A stretch of DNA of 64,000 nt from an uncultured Gammaproteobacteria bacterium (GTDB lineage Bacteria; Pseudomonadota; Gammaproteobacteria; JACCXJ01): assembly GCA_963764725.1 (NCBI GenBank), contig CAVXTM010000018.1, forward strand, positions 651,630 through 715,629. The letters are read 5' to 3'. Under the pieces are notes generated by a model, which was given only the letters and a program-made list of their open reading frames with translations, was not told the origin of the DNA and did no database searches. Each line of letters opens with the position of its first letter. The first letter of the stretch is position 1. Both the position numbers and the translations under genes were made by a program. Shown piece by piece: positions 1 through 10,458 of the stretch.

Positions 1-364
1 CGGGATCGCCGTCGGGGTTGATCCAGGGTTCCGTCTTCAGGCTGAAGACATTCGGTGAGTGCTCGGTGCAAAACCCTGCGTGTGAGCACGTAAACCGGTT
101 GTCATGGATGGTGAGTTCCTTGCCCACGTAGTCATCGGTCTTGCTTGCTGACGGATCGCGCAAGCGCTCCCCGGAAAAACCGATCTTCTTGTGTGTGCCA
201 TCGCAGAACGGCTTGTTCTTCGACCCGCCGCAGCGACACAGGTACATCGTCGGCTCGGTTCGGATCGGCTCGCCCTTCGAGTTGCGGCAATCCGTTATGC
301 CGTTAACCAGGTAAGGGCCGCTCGGCCTGAGATCAATGCTTGCTACCTGAGTTGAATCAGACAT
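1..364 (-). CDS. CDGSH iron-sulfur domain protein with a following ferredoxin-like domain (runs off the window edge)
   Basis: Manual translation MSDSTQVASIDLRPSGPYLV...LCRCGGSKNKPFCDGTH...CSHAGFC...PWINPD; AGGAG RBS upstream; absent from the ORF track. Confidence 0.85.
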   Translation of the reverse strand, partial: MSDSTQVASIDLRPSGPYLVNGITDCRNSKGEPIRTEPTMYLCRCGGSKNKPFCDGTHKKIGFSGERLRDPSASKTDDYVGKELTIHDNRFTCSHAGFCTEHSPNVFSLKTEPWINPDGDP

Positions 365-1069
365 AGTGGTCTCCTTCAACGAACAGTCAGTGTAACAGTT
401 CGGGGTAAAGCACGCGAATTAAAACGGCTGACGGCTGACGCCATAGCGCTGGCAGATCCCGACCACATCTTGGTTCTCGACGAGATGCCAGCGGGGGCGA
501 TCCCTTGAAGTACATTGCAGGTCCTATACCGCCTGCTAAAGCGTATTTTTATTCCATAGCGCGGCCGCAATGTAACGGTGGCATCCGGGGTAACCGGATG
601 CTCCGATAAAGCTCAAAACGAAAATTCTGTGCGATAGTCAGTAAAATTCCTTCTATCATGGCGAAAGTATTACCGATGCAGATGCCGGCCGAATCTTACA
701 CGTAGCTGTTCACGCTGTGTTTGTCTCTTAGCGGGTGCCACGCCACGATGAATCGCGGGGCGTTGGGTCGGCATTGGGCGGACCATGGGGTGCCGCGGTA
801 GGGCAACGGCATGACGGATATGATTCATGGTGACCATTATTGCGAACGACAGCGGTACAGACACCGCCACCACTATAAAGGCCAGGATGACGGGCGTTTC
901 TACTATCGAGAAGCCGCGTAAGTTGGCTCGATCTAGAATTTGGTCAGAACGGGTTCGGACACCGGCCGTCTCATCACGGCAATGCCGATCGCGCCATCAG
1001 TTGGGACTCACCAGTCCCGGGCGGCGTGGAGGGAATACACCCCGGTCCGCGCCGTGTACGAGAAACGCC

Positions 1070-3151
1070 ATGAAGCCCAGTAGATTCTTGACCGCCCTAG
1101 GGGCGGCCATCCTCCTCTACACGGTCATCGGGTTCCTGCTCTTCCCGATGCTCGTCGAGAGGGTTGCTGTCGGAGAGCTGAAAAAGGCCTTGGGGCGCAA
1201 TGTAACAATCAGGAAAATCCACTTCAATCCTTATAACCTGTCGGTAACCGTCCAAGGGTTTCAGATCGATGAGCTAAAAGGCGGGGCGTTCCTCTCCTGG
1301 GACACCTTCTACGTCAACTTCGAGCCTTGGTCGTCGCTCTTTCATCGCACCTGGGTATTCAAGGACGGAGCACTGCTTGAACCTCACGTGAACGTCGTTC
1401 GGAACGCCGATGGCACGCTGAACTTCGCCGATCTGCTCCTCCTGGAATGGCCGAAAATCCCCCAGTTCCGCCTCAACCTAATGCGTCTCGCAGATGGAAA
1501 AGTCGTCTTTCACGACGCGGCTCTCCCCAGCAGGTTCTCCACGACCATCGGCTCCATCACAGGAAATTTCAAGGACTTCTCGATGAGCCCCGACCACAAA
1601 AACCCGTATTCGTTTACCGCCGTCTCTGAAGCAGGTGAGAAGTTCTCGTGGAACGGATTTGTTCGTCTGGACCCATTGAGTTCGCATGGGGAACTCGCAG
1701 CGGAGGACGTCCGGATAAGGAAGTACTACCCGTACTTCGAGGAGTTCTTGAACTTTACGATCGCGGGCGGAACGCTCACGGCGCGTGCGACATACGATTT
1801 GGATCTTTCTCGGGACCACTTCAAGGCACTTCTGAGTGACAGCACGATCACGGCCCGCTCTCTCAAAGTGCACGAGCACGAGAGTGGCGCGGCCTTTTTT
1901 GGTCTCGCGGAGCTCGCGCTTACCGAAGCCCATTTGGATTTTGTGCAGCAGAAGATCGAGGTCGCCTCGATCGCAGTCACTGGCGGATCGGTAGTTCTCA
2001 GGCGCCTTCCGGACAACTCGTTCAACGTCCAGCACGTGATAAAGCCTGTGACCACTCCTTCGGTGACGAAGGCAGCGACTGCTGCCAACTGGCATGTGTC
2101 TGTAGGCGAAATCCGTTTGGCGGATTTCGGCGCGGAGATGAACCAGGTTTTCGGCCGGGAAACCGTGCAGTGGAAGGAACTCCGGTTTTCCAAGCCGACA
2201 TTCCGGATGAATCCTCTAGCCGCCTCCATAGCCGCGGTCACGCTTAAGGATGGAAAGCTAATGTTCAGCGATCACTCCTTAACGCCGCCCGTCAGGATGG
2301 CCCTGACTCATCTGGATATCCGAATTGGAGGATTCTCGTCGGACAATCCCCGAGAGGCCAGCGTAGCGGTCACGGCCAAAATCGACAATGTCGCCAAGCT
2401 TAAGATTTCCGGGGAGACCAATCCGATCCACAAGCAAGGAGCGACGAACGTCCGCGGGCTCCTTCAAAACGTCAATCTCGTCCCGCTCAGCCCGTACGTC
2501 GCAAAGTACCTCGGTTATGAACTGACGAAAGGGGAGCTCGGTCTAGACGTAAAGTATTTGATTCAACGCCGGAAGCTCAGCGCCCAAAATAAAATAGAAA
2601 TTGATCACCTTACGTTAGGCGAGAAGACAAAGAGCAAGTACGCCACGGAGCTCCCGGTGAATCTGGCCATCACCCTTCTCAAAGATACGAGCGGAAAGAT
2701 CACGCTGGACGTTCCCATCACGGGAACGTTGGACGATCCCAAGTTTCAGCTTAAGGAAGCGATCATCAAAGCAGTGCTTAATCCGTTCACGAAAACCGCC
2801 ACGGCCCCGTTTGCGGCGCTGGGTGCCCAATTGGGAGGCGGAGGCGAAGAGCTCGCCTTCCAGGAATTTTTTCCCGGGAGTGACCAGCTCCCCCCGCAGG
2901 AAACACGAAAGCTAGATAAGATCCTCCAAGGCCTGAAGCGATGGCCGGAGCTCATACTCGATATCGAGGGCTCCGTGGACGCGGAGAAGGACACCGGTAA
3001 TCTTCAACTTCTCGCCGCCAACCGGGCCAAAACCGTAAAAGAGTATCTTCTCCGCCAGGGGGCGCTGGAACCGGGCAGGATCTTCCTGATCGACAACTCG
3101 CTGGAGAGCGTCCCCAGAAAAGGAAGCCGCGCTCTCCTCCACCTGAAATAA
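1070..3151 (+). CDS. DUF748 domain envelope protein with OmpA-like C-terminus
   Basis: N-terminal TM segment, FNPYNL, LSPYVAKYLGY and LPVNLAITLLKD..G.I.LDVPITG motifs; start moved from 827 to ATG 1070. Confidence 0.8.
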   Translation: MKPSRFLTALGAAILLYTVIGFLLFPMLVERVAVGELKKALGRNVTIRKIHFNPYNLSVTVQGFQIDELKGGAFLSWDTFYVNFEPWSSLFHRTWVFKDGALLEPHVNVVRNADGTLNFADLLLLEWPKIPQFRLNLMRLADGKVVFHDAALPSRFSTTIGSITGNFKDFSMSPDHKNPYSFTAVSEAGEKFSWNGFVRLDPLSSHGELAAEDVRIRKYYPYFEEFLNFTIAGGTLTARATYDLDLSRDHFKALLSDSTITARSLKVHEHESGAAFFGLAELALTEAHLDFVQQKIEVASIAVTGGSVVLRRLPDNSFNVQHVIKPVTTPSVTKAATAANWHVSVGEIRLADFGAEMNQVFGRETVQWKELRFSKPTFRMNPLAASIAAVTLKDGKLMFSDHSLTPPVRMALTHLDIRIGGFSSDNPREASVAVTAKIDNVAKLKISGETNPIHKQGATNVRGLLQNVNLVPLSPYVAKYLGYELTKGELGLDVKYLIQRRKLSAQNKIEIDHLTLGEKTKSKYATELPVNLAITLLKDTSGKITLDVPITGTLDDPKFQLKEAIIKAVLNPFTKTATAPFAALGAQLGGGGEELAFQEFFPGSDQLPPQETRKLDKILQGLKRWPELILDIEGSVDAEKDTGNLQLLAANRAKTVKEYLLRQGALEPGRIFLIDNSLESVPRKGSRALLHLK

Positions 3152-3166
3152 CAGTAGCGATCCTAT

Positions 3167-3680
3167 TCACGCCGGACCTTGTTTATCCGCGCGATCGAAG
3201 TGGCGATGCTGCTTCATCGCCTCAATAAACTCCCGAACTAGTGTCTTGATATCGACGCGCGAAGTGATCACACCCTTGTGACTCACGATCTTCGATTTGG
3301 TCGCTTCGCCAGCGAGGTCAATACCGGGCAAGTTCGCCGCGGCCATAAGCTGTATGCCTTCCCCGCTCGCGCCTAGCGTCTTGCAATGTCGGAAGGCTTC
3401 CTGAACAAAATGGATCGCATCGCCCTGCTTCGTCATCGCCATGGCGCTTGCGTTCCCGCTGGGAACAAACACCGCGTCGTAAAACACCGACGCCGCCGTG
3501 AGATGACTCTTGTCGGCCTCGACCGCGCTTTGCAACGCCTCGACCAGATGCTCGCGTTCCGGCGCCGATTGACTCTTCAAAAACATCGTCGCCTGACTGT
3601 AGTGGTCTTTGAAGCTATCGCTGCGGGCGCGGATCTTGTTGCCGTCCACTCACTCGGCGTAGTGGGTGTACCAACTGCGG
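3167..3680 (-). pseudogene. katE: Large-subunit catalase (KatE/HPII) C-terminal remnant
   Basis: KIRARSDSFKDHYSQATMF, SVFYDAVFVPSG, FVQEAFRHCK, HRHFDR; haem domain absent and internal deletion apparent. Confidence 0.75.
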
Positions 3681-3740
3681 TTTTAAATCAGAACTCTCGG
3701 CGGCCGGGGAGCCCGTTACGCCAGAATCGCGCGATACGTG

Positions 3741-4343
3741 TTACAGCATCTTCTCGCGCGCTTGTTCCGCGCGCGCCGCGCCAATAGCGGTTTTCACGTC
3801 TTTTTCTTCTTCGGGGGGCGGCAGGACCGCGGGCATTCCGAGCGACTGGATCCACAATTCGCGGCACCAGCCTTTGCTGTGGTAGAGGTGCTCGTCTTCC
3901 TCACCTTCAACTTCTTCGCACGCCGCTGTTAACGCTTTCTTCTCGTCGCCTTTGGCTTTATCGGCGCATCTCGAAAGCAGTTCCCAGTTTTGATGGTCCT
4001 TGGTTTCGGCGAGTACCACGCACTCACAGGCGAGAAGCTCGGCAGCTTCCCGCTTGCCGCTTTTTTTTGCCATTTGAATAGCCTGCACCAGTCCTTCACC
4101 GAGATGGTGAACAACCTCGCGTCCCGGTGTTTGCTGTTCCGGGTCGAGACCGAATTTCTCAAAGAGATCGCGAACGACTTCGATATGAAGCATCGTCTGT
4201 TCAAGGTATTCTGTCCATTCCTCTTTCAGGTCCTTGTTAACCACGCACTGCAAAGCGCTGGTATAAACCTGCGCGCCACCCATCTCGGTTTCCAACATCT
4301 GGTACAAGAGTTCTTTAACCTGTTCGTTCATTTTCGTCTCCAT
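3741..4343 (-). CDS. Ferritin-like (DUF892-type) stress protein
   Basis: ETEMGG, E..H, ETKDH, EEDEH di-metal ligand pattern. Confidence 0.75.
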   Translation of the reverse strand: METKMNEQVKELLYQMLETEMGGAQVYTSALQCVVNKDLKEEWTEYLEQTMLHIEVVRDLFEKFGLDPEQQTPGREVVHHLGEGLVQAIQMAKKSGKREAAELLACECVVLAETKDHQNWELLSRCADKAKGDEKKALTAACEEVEGEEDEHLYHSKGWCRELWIQSLGMPAVLPPPEEEKDVKTAIGAARAEQAREKML

Positions 4344-4580
4344 AGGTGCGTCTAGCGTAGAAGCGCTTATGCCTGATGTGCCGACTGCTAACTGCTACAC
4401 TATATCGTGTGTTTCAGCCGTGATCGGCGCACCGGGGGGACTCGAGAGAGTTGCCTCACAGAGTACGTTTTCTAGCTTACGTCCGTTTCACCGGCCGTCG
4501 AAATATCGTTCGATGGTGTGCGATAGCTCGATCAAAAGACATTGCAACCCTCGGCATCGCGGGTGAGTGTTCAACCCTGC

Positions 4581-4658
4581 TCAATTCATAACAAGATAAA
4601 TAATGACCAGCACGATGGCAGGTACACCCAGAAGCCATCCAATAAAATATTTGCCCAT
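4581..4658 (-). CDS. 25-aa single-TM small protein MGKYFIGWLLGVPAIVLVIIYLVMN
   Basis: AGGAG RBS, ATG to TGA, hydrophobic WLLGVP motif seen in small proteobacterial membrane proteins. Confidence 0.7.
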   Translation of the reverse strand: MGKYFIGWLLGVPAIVLVIIYLVMN

Positions 4659-4721
4659 TGCCGTTCTCCTAAAATAAATAAATTTAAATGTGTGTCGAAG
4701 CCGCTGTCTACACCCGATTCA

Positions 4722-4925
4722 CTAGAATTTCATCGGCGGTTGGTCGTCCCAAGCCTCCGGTGGTGTTGCCGGGATTACTGGCGCAGGGGTGCGCACCGAG
4801 CCCTGGAATTTATTAGTGGCGCTCGTGCATCGGTCGCGCAAACGTACGCGGCGCGGCCGGCCCGAATCGGGATCAAAGAAATACATCAGCGCAGCGCCGA
4901 TGCCCATGAGTATTAGTGTCGTCAT
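4722..4925 (-). CDS. Small membrane-anchored protein (GAALMYFFDPxxGxxRR type)
   Basis: GAGGAGG RBS; motif typical of N-termini of BON/YtxH-like stress proteins. Confidence 0.6.
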   Translation of the reverse strand: MTTLILMGIGAALMYFFDPDSGRPRRVRLRDRCTSATNKFQGSVRTPAPVIPATPPEAWDDQPPMKF

Positions 4926-5012
4926 AGGGTCCTCCTCTACTAAGTGACGCAGAGCGTATCTGCATCGATTGATCGACGCGTGTGGCGGGTCACCCGCTTG
5001 GTTCAGGGGTGA

Positions 5013-5027
5013 GCAACGCATATGCCA
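5013..5027 (-). promoter_or_regulatory. Sigma54 -24/-12 promoter
   Basis: TGGCAT-ATGCG-TTGC on the minus strand upstream of 4925. Confidence 0.6.
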
Positions 5028-5295
5028 TAGGCTTCTTTTCCCTACTCTTGCCTTAGCGATCAAGCATCTGGGGCTAGGGCGAATCAGAATAAAAAACATT
5101 TTTGCGAGGAGGTCCGGTAAAGATTACCGTTCCGTTGTAGACCTTACAGCGAGTGCACGGGTCAAGCGCTGCGCGCGAGGTTGTGACGATGAAATAGCAC
5201 GGGCGAGGAGACCACGCGATGGACACTGTCCGCTCCGCTGGTCGGGCTTTGTAGGGCGGGGCGACCGGCAATCCCGCCGACATGCTGAAAAAGCG

Positions 5296-5619
5296 TTACT
5301 TCTTCTCCAGCAGAAGTTGACCTTCCTTTCTTACTCTACCCATAATGGTGTCGGCGATGGTGGCGAGGATGTTTGGTAAAACCACTTCCAAAATCACCGA
5401 CTCTTCGAACACATCAAGGTGCCCATGTATCGCCTGACCAAATGTGCCGCCCTCGAAATAAAGACGATCGTCTTCCCAACGTTCATCAAACGACAACATC
5501 AAACCGGTAACGCCACCGGTCATTTGTGCGCGCATATTCCCGAATCCTTCCCCAATACGGCGGCGCGCCTCAGCCTTTCCAAGCTTGTGGGGAATATTGA
5601 CAGTGACAGGTCTCGACAT
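5296..5619 (-). CDS. Polyhydroxyalkanoic acid system family protein
   Basis: IPHKLGKAEARRRI, W..DRL.F, LEVVLP pattern. Confidence 0.75.
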   Translation of the reverse strand: MSRPVTVNIPHKLGKAEARRRIGEGFGNMRAQMTGGVTGLMLSFDERWEDDRLYFEGGTFGQAIHGHLDVFEESVILEVVLPNILATIADTIMGRVRKEGQLLLEKK

Positions 5620-5797
5620 TCGGCTTTTCCTCGTGAACTCTCATTTTAACTATGTAATGTGCGCGCCGCCATCATGTTTACGCCGTGGAACATCTAACTG
5701 GTAGGCAACGTTCGCGGGGTACTTCCGTCGTGCGGTTGGGATGGTCATTGCAGTCGCGGGCGGCTGTGTGGTAGAACTGCCAATCCTGAGAGGGCCC

Positions 5798-7075
5798 ATG
5801 CGTACTCCCCGCGTAGAATTCATCTCGATGATCGTTCTGGCTGTCGCGGTCGCGGCCTGTAGCGAACGCTCCGGCGTGGCCGCGGACGATGCCGGGTCTC
5901 AGACGTCTGGCGACAGCGTTCCCGGCCGCGCGGCCGCCTGCATGCCGCTCGAAACACGCGAGGCAAACGCGCCAGACCAGCGTCCGGCGTTCCCCGGCCA
6001 GACACGAGCATGCGCGAGCCAATCGAACGTCGCGTTCGATGTCGGCGTGCTCGCGAAGGGACTTGAGAACCCGTGGGCCGTGGAGCCGCTCCCCGGCGGC
6101 GACCTGCTGGTCACAGAGAAGCCCGGCCGCCTGCGCATTGTCTCGGCAACGGGTGAGCTGGGGCAGCCGATTGGTGGCGTGCCAGCCGTCGATGCACGCG
6201 GGCAGGGCGGCCTGCTCGACGTCGCGCTGAGCGCGGCATTCGAGTCCGACCGGACGATCTATTGGAGCTACACCGAGCCTCGGCAGGAAGGCAACGCCAC
6301 CAGCGTTGCGCGTGGGCTGCTGTCGGCCGACCAGCGGCGCCTCGAGCAGGTTCGGGTGATCTTTCGCGCGATGCCAACCTACGACGGCAACAAACATTTC
6401 GGCTCGCGGCTAGCCTTCGGTCCGGACGCGATGCTGTACATAACGCTCGGCGAGCGCTCGGACGCACCGATGCGGCCGCAGGCGCAGCAGCTCGACAGCC
6501 ACATGGGCAAGATCCTGCGCATCAGGCCGGACGGCTCGGCCCCAACCGACAACCCGTTCGCCGGACAGCCCAACGCGCTGCCTGAGATCTGGACGCTCGG
6601 TCATCGAAATGTGCAGGCCGCCGCGTTCGATCCACAGGGACGATTCTGGGTGGTGGAGCATGGTACGAGGGGCGGGGACGAGCTGAACCTGATCGAGCGG
6701 GGCAAGAACTACGGCTGGCCGCTCGTGGCGTACGGCGAGGAGTACTTTGGATTGCCGATCCGCGGGGCGGTGACCGATCGCCCCGGCTTCGAGCAGCCCC
6801 GCTACTATTGGGACCCGGTGATAGCGCCATCCGGCGCACAGTTCTACACCGGCGATGCCTTCCCGGCTTGGCGCGGCAGTCTCTTCGTCGGCAGCCTCAA
6901 AGAAAAGAGGCTCGTGCGGCTGACCCTCGAGAACGATCGCGTGACTGGCGAGGAGCACCTCCTCGCCGACCGCGGTCAGCGCGTGCGCGACGTGCGGCAA
7001 GGTCCGGACGGCGCGCTGTACGTTGTCACGGACGAGGCAAACGGCGAGCTCTGGAAAATCGCACCGCGCCGCTGA
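5798..7075 (+). CDS. PQQ-dependent sugar dehydrogenase (GSDH family), lipoprotein-like
   Basis: GQGGLLDV, HFGSRLAF, GHRN.Q, EHGTRGGDELN, RVRDVRQGPDG. Confidence 0.9.
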   Translation: MRTPRVEFISMIVLAVAVAACSERSGVAADDAGSQTSGDSVPGRAAACMPLETREANAPDQRPAFPGQTRACASQSNVAFDVGVLAKGLENPWAVEPLPGGDLLVTEKPGRLRIVSATGELGQPIGGVPAVDARGQGGLLDVALSAAFESDRTIYWSYTEPRQEGNATSVARGLLSADQRRLEQVRVIFRAMPTYDGNKHFGSRLAFGPDAMLYITLGERSDAPMRPQAQQLDSHMGKILRIRPDGSAPTDNPFAGQPNALPEIWTLGHRNVQAAAFDPQGRFWVVEHGTRGGDELNLIERGKNYGWPLVAYGEEYFGLPIRGAVTDRPGFEQPRYYWDPVIAPSGAQFYTGDAFPAWRGSLFVGSLKEKRLVRLTLENDRVTGEEHLLADRGQRVRDVRQGPDGALYVVTDEANGELWKIAPRR

Positions 7076-7151
7076 AGACATCGGTCGCCTGCACCGCACT
7101 TCGAGTCCTCCTAAGATCGCGCGAGTTTTTTTAAGCTTTGGCGCCATCCTT

Positions 7152-7877
7152 CTACCGCGAGTCCTCTCCAACGCCTGCTTCCGCGAGCTTTTCTTTGGCT
7201 TTCTTGGTGACCAGGAATGCGACTACGATAGTCGCGGCGAGACCAATTCCGAAAAAGACCCATTGCGCCGTGCCCCACTCGCCTCCTCCGCCGGTTAAAG
7301 CCCCGCCTATTGCACCAAGATATAAGTACAGTATGACTCCGGGAATAATCCCGACGAAGGTCGCGAGGACGTAGTGCCAAAATTTGATCTGCGTAATACC
7401 AAAAAAGTAGTTCTGAAGATTGAACGGCACCAAAGGACTCAACCGCAGCAGCAGAACGACCTTCCAACCGTCCTCGGCGACTGCTTTATCCACTGCCTGG
7501 AACTTGGGCCGCTTTTCGATCATACCTTTTAATCGGTCACGCACGAGATAACGCGCGGTCAAAAAGGCAAGTGCCGCGCCGACCGTCGCACCGACCATAA
7601 CGACGGGGAACCCCCATCCCAAACCGAACACCAGACCGGCTGCGATTGTGAACGGCGCGCCCGGCGCGAGGACTACCGTGGCAACGATGTACGCGGCTGC
7701 AAAAACCACTCCGCCCCAAACACCCAGTCCCTCTATCCATCCGCTGAATGAATCTAGCCAGTCCTTTAGCGGTAGTAAAAACCAGGCGGCGAAAACCGCG
7801 ACCAAGGCGATAGCCGGGATAATCAAATTCCTGGGGATTCCTTTTTCTTTCGATTCCGGCATCGCGTGCTCCTTCAA
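7152..7877 (-). CDS. TVP38/TMEM64 (DedA superfamily) membrane protein
   Basis: LLRLSPLVPFNLQNY motif, multiple TM segments. Confidence 0.9.
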   Translation of the reverse strand: MKEHAMPESKEKGIPRNLIIPAIALVAVFAAWFLLPLKDWLDSFSGWIEGLGVWGGVVFAAAYIVATVVLAPGAPFTIAAGLVFGLGWGFPVVMVGATVGAALAFLTARYLVRDRLKGMIEKRPKFQAVDKAVAEDGWKVVLLLRLSPLVPFNLQNYFFGITQIKFWHYVLATFVGIIPGVILYLYLGAIGGALTGGGGEWGTAQWVFFGIGLAATIVVAFLVTKKAKEKLAEAGVGEDSR

Positions 7878-7914
7878 ATCGAAAAGCGTTTGCCATTCGC
7901 GCGCAAATGCTTAG

Positions 7915-8057
7915 GGAAGCACTGCAAAAGTGTTATGAGCATGCCCAGATGCGCGAAGCCGCGGAGCGAGTCACGAGACATATCAGGTAGATAGGCGAGT
8001 GACGAGCGAGCACGCGACAATGCAGATGGGCAGCGCAATAGCTTTTGCAGAGCTTCC
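7915..8057. mobile_element. MITE-like element, copy 1
   Basis: Terminal IRs GGAAGCACTGCAAAAG / CTTTTGCAGAGCTTCC (15/16); internal GCCCAGATGCGCGAAGCCGCGGAG shared with 48451-48577. Confidence 0.7.
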
Positions 8058-8432
8058 GGGTATTCGCCGGCCCCCGCAAACTCAAGGTCCAACTCAGCAA
8101 CTTTTTCACCGTTGGCGTCAACCTTTGTTCCATCCGTTCCCAGCCTCACGCATGTTTGGGCATTCGCCGAATGCCGCAGCGCTTTGCTCGGAACGCATCC
8201 CAGCTCCGGATCGACGATGCCTGGTTTTACGACTATCATAGAAAGATCCCTTTCGCCCGATGGTGATGGTAGGTGAATAAGAATCTTAAAAAGGAAGATA
8301 CGACTGGACCTGTGAGCTGTCAATCACGCGCTACTCGGTCGGGAATCGGGGAACTCTCGGGCTAGTCGTCAGCGGCGCTTAAAATTCCTATACTCATACC
8401 CAATTACCGTTCCGGTCAGCCCTTAGGGTCCA

Positions 8433-9449
8433 ATGACGAGAATTGAACAACTTCAAAAGACGGGCATCATACGCACCGGCTCGCCGAAGAGAGGTTTCAG
8501 CTACAAGAAAGCCGATGGTGCCAAGGTTAGAGCTGCGGATCTCTCCCGGATAAGGAATCTGGTAATTCCACCAGCCTGGACAGAAGTTGCTATCAACTCG
8601 CTGCCTGCTGGCAGGCTGCAAGCAGTTGGCAAAGATGCGGCTGGCCGCTGGCAGTACCTCTACCACGAGAATCACACTCGCGCGCAGGAACTGAAGAAGT
8701 TTCAGCGGCTCATCAAATTCGCGGAAGCCCTGCCTAAGTTGCGTTCGACCATCAGTCGGCATCTCCGGCAACCCGACCTTGGTAGAGAGCGAGTGCTGGC
8801 CTGCATGCTTAGAATTCTCTCGTCCTGCTTTATGCGGCCGGGAAGTCAGGTCTATGCAAGCGAAAATGGCAGTTATGGCATAGCAACGCTGCGGCCAAAG
8901 CACGTAAAGGTCAAAGGCGGCGCCGTGGAATTCGATTTCCCTGGCAAGTCTGGGGTGCGCCAACAACGGCAGTTGAAGGATCGGCCGGTGGCGAAAGTTG
9001 TGAGAAGTCTGCTCAAGCACCCCGGCAAGGAAGTTTTTAAGTATCAAAACGGCGACGGCGAGTTTATCAATGTCACCAACCGTCACATCAACGAATACAT
9101 AAAGGCGATCATGGGCGAGAAATTCAGCGCCAAAGACTTTCGCACCTGGGCAGGCACGATTATCTGTGCCTGCGCCCTGGCGCGTCTGGGAACTGAGACG
9201 ATCGAGAAAGGCGCGGCTCGCAAGCGAAAGGTGGTGGCCGCAATCAAGGAGACCGCCGAGATGCTTGGCAATACGCCAGCGGTTTGTCGCAGCGCTTACA
9301 TCTGCCCTGGAGTGATCAACAGTTTCGAGGAGGGGCGAATTATTGACGACTATTTTGAAACACTCGAACAATTCGTCGCCTATCGCGGCAGGAAACTGCA
9401 CCGAGCGGAAAACTCACTGCTCAAATTCCTAAAACGCAGCGCGGGCTGA
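8433..9449 (+). CDS. Bacterial DNA topoisomerase IB
   Basis: IPPAWTEV, GRWQYLYH, R.GS..Y, FPGKSG, KDFRTW, LGNTPAVCRSAY (catalytic Tyr). Confidence 0.92.
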   Translation: MTRIEQLQKTGIIRTGSPKRGFSYKKADGAKVRAADLSRIRNLVIPPAWTEVAINSLPAGRLQAVGKDAAGRWQYLYHENHTRAQELKKFQRLIKFAEALPKLRSTISRHLRQPDLGRERVLACMLRILSSCFMRPGSQVYASENGSYGIATLRPKHVKVKGGAVEFDFPGKSGVRQQRQLKDRPVAKVVRSLLKHPGKEVFKYQNGDGEFINVTNRHINEYIKAIMGEKFSAKDFRTWAGTIICACALARLGTETIEKGAARKRKVVAAIKETAEMLGNTPAVCRSAYICPGVINSFEEGRIIDDYFETLEQFVAYRGRKLHRAENSLLKFLKRSAG

Positions 9450-9529
9450 TGGCGTGCCGCTCCGGGTGGCATCCCACTTCCCCAGTAAGCTAAGGGCAAG
9501 TTCCTGGCACAGGAATTGGCGATTACACT

Positions 9530-9660
9530 TACCAGTACTTCTCCATGATCGCGACAACATTTTCTCCACAGATCTCGATCGGTCGATAAAGAAGCTCGGC
9601 TTACGGGTTTTGAAAAGTGCCTACCGGAGTCTCCGCGCGAATGCTGTCTTGTGAGCGCAC
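9530..9660 (+). pseudogene. Integrase-core (rve) transposase fragment
   Basis: LLHDRDNIFS...GLRVLKS...RANAV matches the HDRD..F / P.ANA.CER DDE core. Confidence 0.6.
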
Positions 9661-10440
9661 CGATCCCCGACGCGAATTGGCGATCGTCCAGTCATAGTCG
9701 GTGAAGCGGACCTCATAGTCCAGTGGGATAGGCTCGGGGAGGTACTGATTCACATAGGCGATCCAGCTCGGTCTGGCCGCAGTGAGAAAGTCCTCGGGAT
9801 AGAAATCCAACAGCTCGCTCAGGTAGACGAGACGGCTGCTGTGCGCAACCAAGAGATTGCGCGCCTCGGCGAAAAACTTGCGCGCCTCCCGCTCCAATTC
9901 CGCTTCGAGGTCTTTGCCCGTGAACGGCGTGCGCGGGAGTATGGGGCAATCCAGGGCGCTGCAGTTCAGGGCAAAGTGTACGCGCGGGTCACCGAGCGGA
10001 CGGATGATATCGTTTTCGTACTGGTAGAGCGACAGCCGGCGGTTGCCGATCACCAGCTTGCGCAGATAAAAGAACTTGACCTTGGCCAGACCAGCATGCG
10101 TCTCCGGGATCCCCGCCTCCAAGACGTTGTACATCGACAAGGCGTTATAGCTGTTGATGTAGTGGGCGAGCCGATCATTGGGGGTCGCGAATTGGTGGTC
10201 GGGCGTCCGCGCGACGTAGGCGATGTAATGGTCGAGGTCCGCTCGATCGCGGGCTAGCGCCGGAAAATCCACTTCGCCGCGCTCGTTGACGTAGCGGGCT
10301 AAGACTCGCGCATAGGCCTCGAGCGGTGCTCCGCGCGCGGGATCGGGCGGGTACTGTGGTGCTTGCACCAGGGTCGCACAGGCTTGCAGTGTCAGTTGTA
10401 GCAATACGAAGAAATAGACTGCGCTGCGCTTCACCGTCAC
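9601..10440 (-). CDS. DUF547 domain protein, probable lipoprotein
   Basis: YINSYNAL, DPRVHFALNCSALDCP, YDWTI; signal peptide with LQAC lipobox. Confidence 0.85.
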   Translation of the reverse strand: MTVKRSAVYFFVLLQLTLQACATLVQAPQYPPDPARGAPLEAYARVLARYVNERGEVDFPALARDRADLDHYIAYVARTPDHQFATPNDRLAHYINSYNALSMYNVLEAGIPETHAGLAKVKFFYLRKLVIGNRRLSLYQYENDIIRPLGDPRVHFALNCSALDCPILPRTPFTGKDLEAELEREARKFFAEARNLLVAHSSRLVYLSELLDFYPEDFLTAARPSWIAYVNQYLPEPIPLDYEVRFTDYDWTIANSRRGSVRSQDSIRAETPVGTFQNP

Positions 10441-10458
10441 GGCCCCGTGGTATCGCCA

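Noticed and set aside
581-601. Hairpin GCATCCGG-GGTAA-CCGGATGC
   Set aside because: A single 8-bp stem with no U-tract or second copy; function cannot be supported
827-1069. N-terminal extension of the DUF748 ORF
   Set aside because: Low-complexity Arg-rich sequence before the TM anchor; ATG 1070 fits better
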